From contig NZ_FNDH01000001.1 in the NCBI RefSeq assembly GCF_900100485.1, forward strand, positions 41,681 to 73,680: a stretch of DNA of 32,000 nt, read 5' to 3'. Below, in pieces: positions 9,564-16,369 of this stretch (position 1 is its first letter; every line of letters starts with the position of its first letter). Under the pieces are notes generated by a model that saw only the letters and a program-made list of their open reading frames with translations, searched no databases and was not told where the DNA came from. Origin of the DNA: Nitrosomonas sp. Nm132 (GTDB lineage Bacteria; Pseudomonadota; Gammaproteobacteria; Burkholderiales; Nitrosomonadaceae). A program made the position numbers and the translations under genes.

Positions 9564-10640
9564 CTACTGCCTTTGCCCGCTATACGCCACTTCACCATTC
9601 GGGTTGTAGTCTAAACGTGGCGGGTTCTTTTCCAGCTCTAGCAACAGCAGCGTTGTACTGCCACCTACACTTTGGATCGTATTACCTACCCTCGTAAGAT
9701 CTATTTCAACAGTGCCCAATCTCTCATAATCTGAGGTGATCCTGACTTTTCGTTTGTTCACCTTGGCAATCGTCACGGTCACATCGGATCTCGAGCTGCC
9801 TTTCGAATCGGAGATGACATCGCCATAATAAATGCCCGCAACCAGATCAGCCAATTCAACCGGCTTTCTCGCCTCCCTGGAAATGGGCTGTTGAGTTAAG
9901 GGCTGCTCTCTAGCTGCCGGAAGTTTTGGCCCGAGTTCGGAGGAAGAGGAACTCGAACCAGGTATCGGCTTGGACGGTCCGTCGGCAGTAGGTGCAGGCG
10001 GTTCTCCTGTCTCAGCTATTAGCGTCGGCGACGATTGAGAGAGACTACGGTTTGTGGTTGGTGAATAGTCGAACAGAAGTGAAGAAAAAAGGACAACCAC
10101 AGCGAGTCCACCTGCTAGCCAGTAGAGCATAGATTTACGAGTGCGAAGATCCTGCTTACCACTTGATGTATTCGATTCACCAAGTGCCTTGCTAACAGCC
10201 TCCAGCAGTCTCTCCATGTCCGATTTGAAGCGGCTGTTGCTCACCTCAAGAGCGTTCCGCCGCGCAAGCGCGCGAAGAGGTTCCGGCAATGCCTCTTCGG
10301 CTGGCATGCTCGCTCCATCAAGTAGCACGGGGATCACGCGAATGTTTCGCGATAGTGCAGCAGCGATCTCAAGACGCACGAAGTCTTTCGGGTCGTTGAT
10401 GCGTAGACCTGCGCCCGCTTGCTGTTCCATCCAGCGCCTGCCGATCATCGCCAGAAGAATCTCACATTGGCCCACAGCGCGCTCGATGGCTTCATCAAAC
10501 GGGAAACCCGGCTCGATCGCATCCACATCCATAAAAATTCGCTCCCTGGAAAAATGCTGAACGAGCTGGTCGTAGATAGCGCGCGCGTAGCCTGCCGAGT
10601 CATCCCGGCGATAGCTAATAAAGATATGTCCGTTGCTCAT
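9564..10640 (-). CDS. TIR domain protein with one transmembrane helix and a C-terminal extracytoplasmic domain
   Basis: The N-terminus HIFISYRRDDSAGYARAIYDQL...IFMDVDAIEPGFPFDEAIERAV..CEILLAMIG..W......DFVRLEIAAAL..N.RVIPVLL fits the bacterial TIR_2 pattern. TM helix MLYWLAGGLAVVVLFSSLLF, then a Pro/Ser-rich linker and a ~100-aa beta-rich tail. ATG at 10640 is preferred over the listed GTG at 10658. Confidence 0.8.
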   Translation of the reverse strand: MSNGHIFISYRRDDSAGYARAIYDQLVQHFSRERIFMDVDAIEPGFPFDEAIERAVGQCEILLAMIGRRWMEQQAGAGLRINDPKDFVRLEIAAALSRNIRVIPVLLDGASMPAEEALPEPLRALARRNALEVSNSRFKSDMERLLEAVSKALGESNTSSGKQDLRTRKSMLYWLAGGLAVVVLFSSLLFDYSPTTNRSLSQSSPTLIAETGEPPAPTADGPSKPIPGSSSSSSELGPKLPAAREQPLTQQPISREARKPVELADLVAGIYYGDVISDSKGSSRSDVTVTIAKVNKRKVRITSDYERLGTVEIDLTRVGNTIQSVGGSTTLLLLELEKNPPRLDYNPNGEVAYSGQRQ

Positions 10641-10695
10641 CGATGTTCCATCCCACACCCTTATGCTTCCTGAATGCCATGATCTTGCTCGGTAT

Positions 10696-10755
10696 ACCTA
10701 ACGCTGGAGTTAAGCCGCCGCGCGTAGCGCGGTCGGCTTGAACGACTTGTTATGT
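10696..10755 (-). other. attC recombination site (cassette 2, 60 bp)
   Basis: Minus strand: ACATAAC AAGTC GTTCAAGCC GACCGCGCTACGCGCGGC GGCTTAAC TCCAGC GTTAGGT. R''=ACATAAC overlaps the ORF stop. L''/L' pair with one unpaired C. The central stem is GC-rich. R'=GTTAGGT fits GTTRRRY exactly. Confidence 0.85.
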
Positions 10756-11295
10756 GTTTGTTGCCCGTTGAATCAACCTGGATAGTCGTAATTTAATTTT
10801 GAACTTTTGTTTATCTAGAACCCACTTAAAAAAGCTTTTTTCGCTTTCTATTGGTCCATCAAGTGTATACAAATTACAACTTGAACCGTAGTTGAGTTTA
10901 AATTGGTACTTTCGGTATTTGGAAAAGTAGTACGTTGCCCCCACCGGACCTTTTGCTAAAAACTCTCTTGCCTCATGGGGTTTCAAAGCAAGATCATTGC
11001 CCATAATCTGCATGCTTACCTTTAACGGCAATCCATCTCTTGTTAGAGATACCACAGTAACAACCCCATCAAGAGAAGTTATCTTAGATCCTACATTGGT
11101 ACATTTAAACTTAAGTTCAGCACCAAAATTATTATCTGGATCATATGTTTGCTTAACCAGCACCGTATGTAGTCTTACTCTGGAAGTCCATTTTTCATAC
11201 CAGAAATAAATTCCACCCGTGCCTCCAATAAGATACAGAATCTTTAAAGGGTCATTAAAAAAATAGTCAATGACTTTGTAAATTAATTCTGTCAC
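10750..11295 (-). CDS. integron cassette ORF, hypothetical membrane-anchored protein (181 aa)
   Basis: GTG start preceded by GAGGAG. N-terminal hydrophobic helix LKILYLIGGTGGIYFWY, then a beta-rich domain. AT-rich. Bounded by attC sites on both sides. No family recognised. Confidence 0.6.
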   Translation of the reverse strand: MTELIYKVIDYFFNDPLKILYLIGGTGGIYFWYEKWTSRVRLHTVLVKQTYDPDNNFGAELKFKCTNVGSKITSLDGVVTVVSLTRDGLPLKVSMQIMGNDLALKPHEAREFLAKGPVGATYYFSKYRKYQFKLNYGSSCNLYTLDGPIESEKSFFKWVLDKQKFKIKLRLSRLIQRATNT

Positions 11296-11310
11296 TCAGA
11301 CTCCTCAAAC

Positions 11311-11373
11311 ACATAACGTTTTGGGTAACAGGCGCAACGACAGGAGCGTCCTAGTTGACCCAATTGTTATAAC
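11311..11373 (-). other. attC recombination site (cassette 1, 63 bp)
   Basis: Minus strand: GTTATAAC AA TTGGGTCAAC TAGGACGCTCCTGTCGTTGCGCCT GTTACCCAA AAC GTTATGT. ATAAC/GTTAT and TTGGGT(C)AAC/GTTACCCAA pair with an unpaired C, and the central stem has bulges. It starts directly after the ORF stop TAG. Confidence 0.75.
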
Positions 11374-12786
11374 CTACATTGGTAATTTCCAATCTGAAGC
11401 GTACTTTCTATACTCTGGCGCTTCTGTTTTTGGTGGCACATAGTGCTCATCATCTATTACAAAATTAGCAGCCATTAGGTCTCTCACTCCACCCAATCTC
11501 TCTGTTGAGGTGAGCTCTGATGCGATATCTTTGAAAAGTGTTGAGAAATTACCAGATTGATTATTGGCAATGAAATCAGGCAAAGGGATTTTGAAATCGA
11601 ATTCTGGAAATTGCGGAAGGCCTTTTAATGCTGCAACTGAATTATATACTTTCATTAAAAAGCTTCCCTGAATCCCTTGATCAGTTTTAAGGCCATATTT
11701 TGATCTTAATTCATGTTCTGCTTTCTTGAGCTGCTTCTCCCATTTTTGGATTGATTTATTAGCCTGTGTAATTCCACCCTCATCAAACCCAATTCGTATT
11801 TCCCTTAGAAGCCCTCTTACATCCTGCAAGCATTGCTCGTTTTTTATTTCAAGAGCCGAAGATATTATGTTTCGAGCATCACCGGACTGAACTGATAACC
11901 AAGCAGAAAATATTGGAATATCTAGTGAAACAGCTGTAGATCTTCCAGCGTCAATAATTTCACCTACCGAAGTTAATAGCTTATTCGATAAAGAACCTAC
12001 TAATTTTGCCGTAAAATCGTGACCAAATGCGCCCGTCTTTTTAAACCAATGAATTTGATAAGCATGTCTAATAGGATGAAGAAAAGTATCAGCTTTTAAA
12101 TAATTGGCTGCTAAGCTGTAATAAATCGACTTATAAGCAAGCCAATTTAGTGATGCGATAAACATATCCAGGGCACGAGTTGTACCACCATGACCTCGCC
12201 TAGCTGATTTTGCTTCTTCAGCCATTCTCTCTTTCGTGAGTTCTGTTCCATCTGAACCAATAAGTTTAATATCTGTTGACCAAACACCGAATGTATCGCC
12301 AGCATCCGAAAGTTCATTGTAGATAGCTGAACTCAGTTCGCTGTATTTTTCATACTCCAGTGTATTTGGTTGACCAAGCATTTTCAAGGTTAAATAATAA
12401 ACGCTCGAACGCAAATCCCAAGTACAAATCATATTTAGCTTAAGTAATCCAAGTAATTCCCGGAAATCTAGGTCCACAAATTCACCTGCGCGAATTTCGG
12501 GCCGGATTAATTTTGCTTCTGATTTTGCTTTTTCTGAAAAATTGTCTAACTGATAGTCTTCTGGTGATATGAACTTTATAAAATCGAATTCTTTTTTTCT
12601 TTCTTCCTTCTGCTCTTCTTTGTAATTATCAATGCAAACAAGCTCGTCATAAAAAAGGATCGCTTGAACGAAGTTTTCTAACGCTACAAGATCACCGTTT
12701 ATAGTATCGGGGTTTTTAACGACAATCTGACCCATGACCCTTTGCACAGCTGTAAGTGAGGCATTGTCAATCAGTGCATATGTCAT
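11374..12786 (-). CDS. integron cassette ORF, hypothetical protein (470 aa)
   Basis: Long AT-rich ORF with an AGGAAA RBS-like element 6-7 nt upstream of the ATG. It lies between the attI region and attC 1. No motif I can assign to a family. Confidence 0.65.
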   Translation of the reverse strand: MTYALIDNASLTAVQRVMGQIVVKNPDTINGDLVALENFVQAILFYDELVCIDNYKEEQKEERKKEFDFIKFISPEDYQLDNFSEKAKSEAKLIRPEIRAGEFVDLDFRELLGLLKLNMICTWDLRSSVYYLTLKMLGQPNTLEYEKYSELSSAIYNELSDAGDTFGVWSTDIKLIGSDGTELTKERMAEEAKSARRGHGGTTRALDMFIASLNWLAYKSIYYSLAANYLKADTFLHPIRHAYQIHWFKKTGAFGHDFTAKLVGSLSNKLLTSVGEIIDAGRSTAVSLDIPIFSAWLSVQSGDARNIISSALEIKNEQCLQDVRGLLREIRIGFDEGGITQANKSIQKWEKQLKKAEHELRSKYGLKTDQGIQGSFLMKVYNSVAALKGLPQFPEFDFKIPLPDFIANNQSGNFSTLFKDIASELTSTERLGGVRDLMAANFVIDDEHYVPPKTEAPEYRKYASDWKLPM

Positions 12787-12813
12787 CGGTGTTTCCTGTG
12801 GTTATAACTAGAA

Positions 12814-12876
12814 TTAGAACTCCGAAATGACGCAATACATCACGTCAAAAATGACATCTAACACGGCAAGCTGCAT
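12814..12876 (-). CDS. candidate 20-codon leader ORF in the attI region (MQLAVLDVIFDVMYCVISEF)
   Basis: Minus strand AGAAGGAGATAGC-ATG, a strong SD with 5-nt spacing. The ORF reads through the GTTAGAT core candidate and stops 27 nt before the cassette-1 ATG. Too short for the ORF track. Confidence 0.3.
   Translation of the reverse strand: MQLAVLDVIFDVMYCVISEF
12856..12862 (-). other. candidate attI/cassette crossover core (GTTAGAT)
   Basis: This is the only perfect GTTRRRY heptamer on the cassette strand between intI and cassette 1. A second, class-1-like context CTAACAAAG|TTTGTTA lies nearer intI (~12925-12941), so the assignment is uncertain. Confidence 0.3.
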
Positions 12877-12949
12877 GCTATCTCCTTCTGTTTTATAGAA
12901 TTACGCCGAATGAGCTTTCATCATAACAAACTTTGTTAGATCCACAAAT

Positions 12950-13273
12950 ATGACGAACAAGTCCCGGCTTTTGGACCAGATGCGGGATAAACTCAGGCTC
13001 AAGCATTACAGCTATCGCACGGAGCAATCTGATATTGCCTGGATAAAACGTTTCATTTTCTTTTACAACAAGCAGCACCCCGATACGATGGGAGAAAGGG
13101 AAGTTGAATCGTTTCTGATTTATCTCGCAGTTAAACGAAATATTGCTGCATCCACACAGAATCAGGCGCTGTGCGCGCTGCTATTTTATATAAGGAGGTA
13201 TCAGGCTGTGAATACACACAAAGTCTTGCATTGTCACCCAACAGACAAAGCCTATCCCCACTCTATTGCTTGA
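12950..13273 (+). pseudogene. intI: integron integrase remnant (N-terminal ~80 codons only)
   Basis: LLDQMRDKLRLKHYSYRTEQSDIAWIKRFIFFYNKQHPDTMGEREVESFLIYLAVKRNIAASTQNQALCALLF matches the IntI N-terminal SAM-like domain pattern. After ~nt 13200 the reading frame is unrelated, and no catalytic domain appears in any frame before amoC. Confidence 0.75.
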
Positions 13274-13321
13274 AGATTCTTCCGTCTTTGCCTGGACATT
13301 ATTTGGCTGCCCCTTTGTAAA

Positions 13322-13356
13322 CAAAAAACCCATCCCCTTATTAAAAGAGGATGGGT
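13322..13356 (-). terminator. rho-independent terminator of amoC
   Basis: Minus strand ACCCATCC-TCTTTTAATAAG-GGGATGGGT followed by TTTTTTGTTT, about 28 nt downstream of the amoC stop. Confidence 0.7.
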
Positions 13357-13383
13357 AGATGCAATACTCGTTACAACCTGGAT

Positions 13384-14205
13384 TTAAACAACATCATCCA
13401 GAATCGCTCGGCTTTGTTCGTTCCATTGCACATCCAGGAGGTTGGAAAAGCGTGCAATGACCTGGATGACAACGCCCCCAGAGAACAAAGCGGCCCATGC
13501 CAGTATCACGAAGCCCCAATGTAGCGGTGCGCTAAAGAGTTCCTCCATGAACCAGAAGGCATGGCCCCATTCATTCAAACCAACGTTCGGGAGGCTCATC
13601 AGCGGACCGGCAATAGACATCACCAAAGGAAACGAGGTTCCCTTGTTGTACAGTGGCAATCGCGTCCTTGCATATAGGAAAGTTGATACGCCTATGATGA
13701 TGTACATCGGGAACGAGCCGTAAAATAGCGGAATGTGGCTGGGCGTGAAACTGGTGTCGCGAATGATCACCTGATGCCAGGAAGCATCCTGTTCAGTGAA
13801 GAAACTCGAACCCCAATAGACAGCAAACATGTACACCCCTAACCACATCATGAAATAAAAATACCGCTTAATTTCCATTTTCACCGGCAGGTTCGCCAGT
13901 TGTTCCTGGGTATCGCGTGTTTTCCATACCCAACCCCAGACCGTCAGCGCCAAGATCGGCCAGAGTGTCATTTGGAAACGCCATAGGCCCATCCAGATTT
14001 GATCGAACTCCGGTTCCATGGAGTCCATCCCATGGGAGTAGGCGTAGGTCCGCTGAAACCAGACCCAGAAAATTGCTATTCCCAGTATGGGTAGAAGACC
14101 CAGCTTGTAAAACCTGGAATCATACCATTCCGACATGTCATAGGCAGGACTGCCTGCCTTCGCTGCTTTATCTACCGATCTGTTTCCAAGTGCAGGAATA
14201 CTCAT
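13384..14205 (-). CDS. amoC: ammonia monooxygenase subunit C, singleton copy (amoC3-like; no amoA/amoB downstream)
   Basis: The 273-aa translation is near-colinear with Nitrosomonas AmoC as I recall it ([82 protein letters not shown]). GAGGAG RBS. A terminator follows rather than amoAB. Confidence 0.95.
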   Translation of the reverse strand: MSIPALGNRSVDKAAKAGSPAYDMSEWYDSRFYKLGLLPILGIAIFWVWFQRTYAYSHGMDSMEPEFDQIWMGLWRFQMTLWPILALTVWGWVWKTRDTQEQLANLPVKMEIKRYFYFMMWLGVYMFAVYWGSSFFTEQDASWHQVIIRDTSFTPSHIPLFYGSFPMYIIIGVSTFLYARTRLPLYNKGTSFPLVMSIAGPLMSLPNVGLNEWGHAFWFMEELFSAPLHWGFVILAWAALFSGGVVIQVIARFSNLLDVQWNEQSRAILDDVV

Positions 14206-14572
14206 TTAAATTAGCTCCTCTTTTGCAAATAATCCAAAATTCCAAAAGGAATTCAAAAACTAAGAACAAAAACAACAGCCCCGGCCCGACCAAAAATTTT
14301 CCAGAAATGAAAAATCTTTGGAAGTACCGGTTTCAAAGCATCCATGGCCTCTTTCCTCCTCTTCAAGTTATGATTCCACCATTAAAGGCACTTCAATGCC
14401 TTGTCGTGAGACCTTACCTTGGCTTCATGACCATCCAGCGCTACAGCCCAATGGCCACTACGCTAGCATCTACATGCTCTAGGGATCAAAACAGTATCGT
14501 TGTCAATAACGCTATTGCCCTATCTAAAAATATCAAATGATAATTTGTGAAATTTTTGTGAAGTAATATAAA

Positions 14573-14601
14573 TACAGACTTTTTTTTATCAATTAAGTTC
14601 C
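14573..14601 (-). promoter_or_regulatory. candidate ECF sigma-E-type promoter upstream of amoC
   Basis: Minus strand GGAACTT-N16-TCTGTA resembles the GGAACTT-N16-TCTGA/TCAAA sigma-E consensus. It lies ~370 nt upstream of the amoC ATG and overlaps the palindrome TTCCTTcAAGGAA. Confidence 0.35.
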
Positions 14602-15329
14602 TTCAAGGAATTTTTCCTAATATTGCGAAAGGAATTAACTTAATCAACTCGAAAAGGGAGGCACGAAATGACGGCATTAGGAGAGCGATTCCAAACTGCT
14701 CGTGAGCTTGGCCGCCCGGTCCCAGAACCCCGAGTCGCTTGATGTATGCCTAACCAGCTCATCAATCGGATGACGGATAATATGGGAAGAGAACACCGTT
14801 TTACTTGTAGACAGAGAAAGCTCACCGCGAGTATTCCGTCATGAATTGGAATCAGGGTTGGCGAATGAGATTCGACATGCAATGAATGACACAACGTGCT
14901 GGACAATGAACGTTCCACGGCACAGGTATCGGCGATTCATGGGAGACGAACAGTTAGCGGCAAGTCTGGACGATCGCGCAAAATTGTAGAACCAGAATCC
15001 AGCAATCTGTTTCTTACATCACCGATAACTGTGGCCTGTTCCTATTCTGCGCTGTTCTACCAATCGGATTACTTCTGAATTAGAAGGTGTTTTTCCAATT
15101 TATCGATATCGCCCGTGATTGTTTAATAATCTTAACACCTACACCTTGCACACCTTTAAATGTGCCGTGAAAGCCAAGGCTATTCTCAGCAGCAGGATAT
15201 ATTGAATTACATATCCATATTCTATAACAGCCATCGATTACATTCTTATTTGGATAAGAGAGTATGGTCTTTTTGATCAGTTGCGCGGCAAGCCTCGCCC
15301 TTCAGGACGGGGAAGCGCTGATTCTTTTC

Positions 15330-15359
15330 TTGACATACCAATACGACCGGTCATATTAT
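15330..15359 (+). promoter_or_regulatory. sigma-70 promoter with embedded palindromic operator (copy 1)
   Basis: TTGACA-18 nt-TATTAT. The spacer contains ATAcGACCGGTCaTAT, a 16-bp palindrome with one symmetric mismatch. The ATG at 15366 lies 6 nt after the -10 element, which suggests a leaderless mRNA. Confidence 0.5.
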
Positions 15360-15365
15360 AAAAAT

Positions 15366-15962
15366 ATGCCTAAAGTGACGAAAAAAGAACTCAAGCGAGA
15401 AACCCTGTTGAATCAGGGGGTGGCCATGCTCATGGAGCAAGGTTATCATGGTACGGGGCTACAGGAAATCCTTGATGCGGCAAATATTCCCAAGGGCTCT
15501 TTTTATAATTACTTTGGCAGTAAAGAAAATTTTGGCGCGGAAGTTATCCAGCACTACGTTGATCCCTTTATCGCACAATTAGCGGTGCATCTGCAACAAT
15601 CCGAAACCGACGCGCTGGCTGCGATACGGCATTATTTCGATGAACTCATCATGGAGCTTGAAAAAAATGAGTTTAAGGGCGGCTGTCTATTGGGCAATCT
15701 GATGGGGGAAATAGGCGATACCAGCGAAATTTGCCGGAAGTCCCTTCAATCCGCCGTTGGGCGTTATCGGGATTTATTGCGATCCGGGCTGACTAAAGCA
15801 CAGCAGCAGGGCACGGTAAGATCGGACAAATCGGCTGAAGAGATGGCGGATTTGCTGATAAATGCCTGGCAGGGGGCCTTACTGAGGATGAAAATAGAAA
15901 AATCATCTGCCCCAGTTAAGCAATGTTGCAAGGATTTGCTGGAAGATTTTTTCAAGCCGTGA
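15366..15962 (+). CDS. TetR/AcrR family transcriptional regulator
   Basis: HTH region RETLLNQGVAMLMEQGYHGTGLQEILDAANIPKGSFYNYFGSKENF is a canonical TetR N-terminus. The listed start at 15264 would run through the gene's own promoter, so ATG 15366 is preferred. Confidence 0.85.
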   Translation: MPKVTKKELKRETLLNQGVAMLMEQGYHGTGLQEILDAANIPKGSFYNYFGSKENFGAEVIQHYVDPFIAQLAVHLQQSETDALAAIRHYFDELIMELEKNEFKGGCLLGNLMGEIGDTSEICRKSLQSAVGRYRDLLRSGLTKAQQQGTVRSDKSAEEMADLLINAWQGALLRMKIEKSSAPVKQCCKDLLEDFFKP

Positions 15963-15983
15963 TTTTTTTTGCACCAAAAAAAA

Positions 15984-16000
15984 ACGACCGGTCATATTAT
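15984..16000 (+). promoter_or_regulatory. operator copy 2 plus -10 element upstream of the DUF4242 gene
   Basis: ACGACCGGTCATATTAT is identical to 15343-15359. It is preceded by a T8-GCACC-A9 hairpin immediately after the tetR stop. A TAGGAG RBS precedes the ATG at 16029. Confidence 0.45.
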
Positions 16001-16028
16001 TTAATCTTAATTCTATAGGAGATGAAAA

Positions 16029-16304
16029 ATGCCAAAATATATCATCGAACGCGACATTCCTGGCGCCGGTTCCCTGACGTCACAGGATCTTCAGGCTATT
16101 TCACAGAAATCCTGCAGCATCCTGAACCATATGGGCTCACAAATTCAGTGGCTGGAAAGTTACGTAACGGACGATAAGGTTTATTGCCTCTACATCGCGC
16201 CCGACGAGGCTACCATCAGAGCGCATGCTGAACAGGGTGAATTTCCCGCTAATCGCATTTCTCGAATCCATTCCGTGATTGATCCCACTACTGCGGAGAA
16301 TTAA
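16029..16304 (+). CDS. DUF4242 family small protein
   Basis: MPKYIIERDIPGAG.L....LQAISQKSC.....G.QIQW..SYVTDDK.YC.YIAP.E..IR.HA..G.FPANRIS.....IDPTTAE matches the DUF4242 pattern as I recall it. Confidence 0.7.
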   Translation: MPKYIIERDIPGAGSLTSQDLQAISQKSCSILNHMGSQIQWLESYVTDDKVYCLYIAPDEATIRAHAEQGEFPANRISRIHSVIDPTTAEN

Positions 16305-16369
16305 TTCTTGGGAGCGCAGAAATAAAATGTTCATGCTCATAAAAAATACCTACTAAGGAGGTAACGTTC

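Larger units (their letters stand above)
10696..13273. mobile_element. degenerate chromosomal integron (intI remnant, attI region, two gene cassettes with attC sites)
   Basis: An intI N-terminal fragment on + lies divergent from two AT-rich minus-strand ORFs. Each ORF is followed by an attC-like imperfect palindrome. See the component features. Confidence 0.75.

Noticed and set aside
10641-10658. GTG start for the TIR gene
   Set aside because: The ATG at 10640 gives the canonical short N-terminus directly before the FISYRRDD strand. GTG remains possible but adds only 6 residues.
13040-13075. Cassette promoter (Pc-like) inside the intI stump: minus strand TTGTTG-17-TTTTAT
   Set aside because: Both hexamers are poor matches. 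AT-rich DNA yields many such pairs, so this is not supportable without TSS data.
12893-13078. 61-aa minus-strand ORF overlapping the intI start
   Set aside because: It is antisense to the IntI-like frame and has no RBS. It may merely reflect the promoter-bearing strand.
13917-14540. 207-aa + strand ORF
   Set aside because: Its first half is antisense to amoC and the rest runs through the amoC leader. No homology signal is recognisable.
14640-15078. ORFs 14640-14918 (-) and 14896-15078 (+) as genes
   Set aside because: They are mutually overlapping, have no RBS and no recognisable domains, and have odd composition. They are kept only as part of the ORF-free-region finding.
15264-15365. N-terminal 34-codon extension of the TetR ORF
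   Set aside because: The extension would cover the TTGACA/TATTAT promoter and the operator. The TetR HTH begins right after the ATG at 15366.
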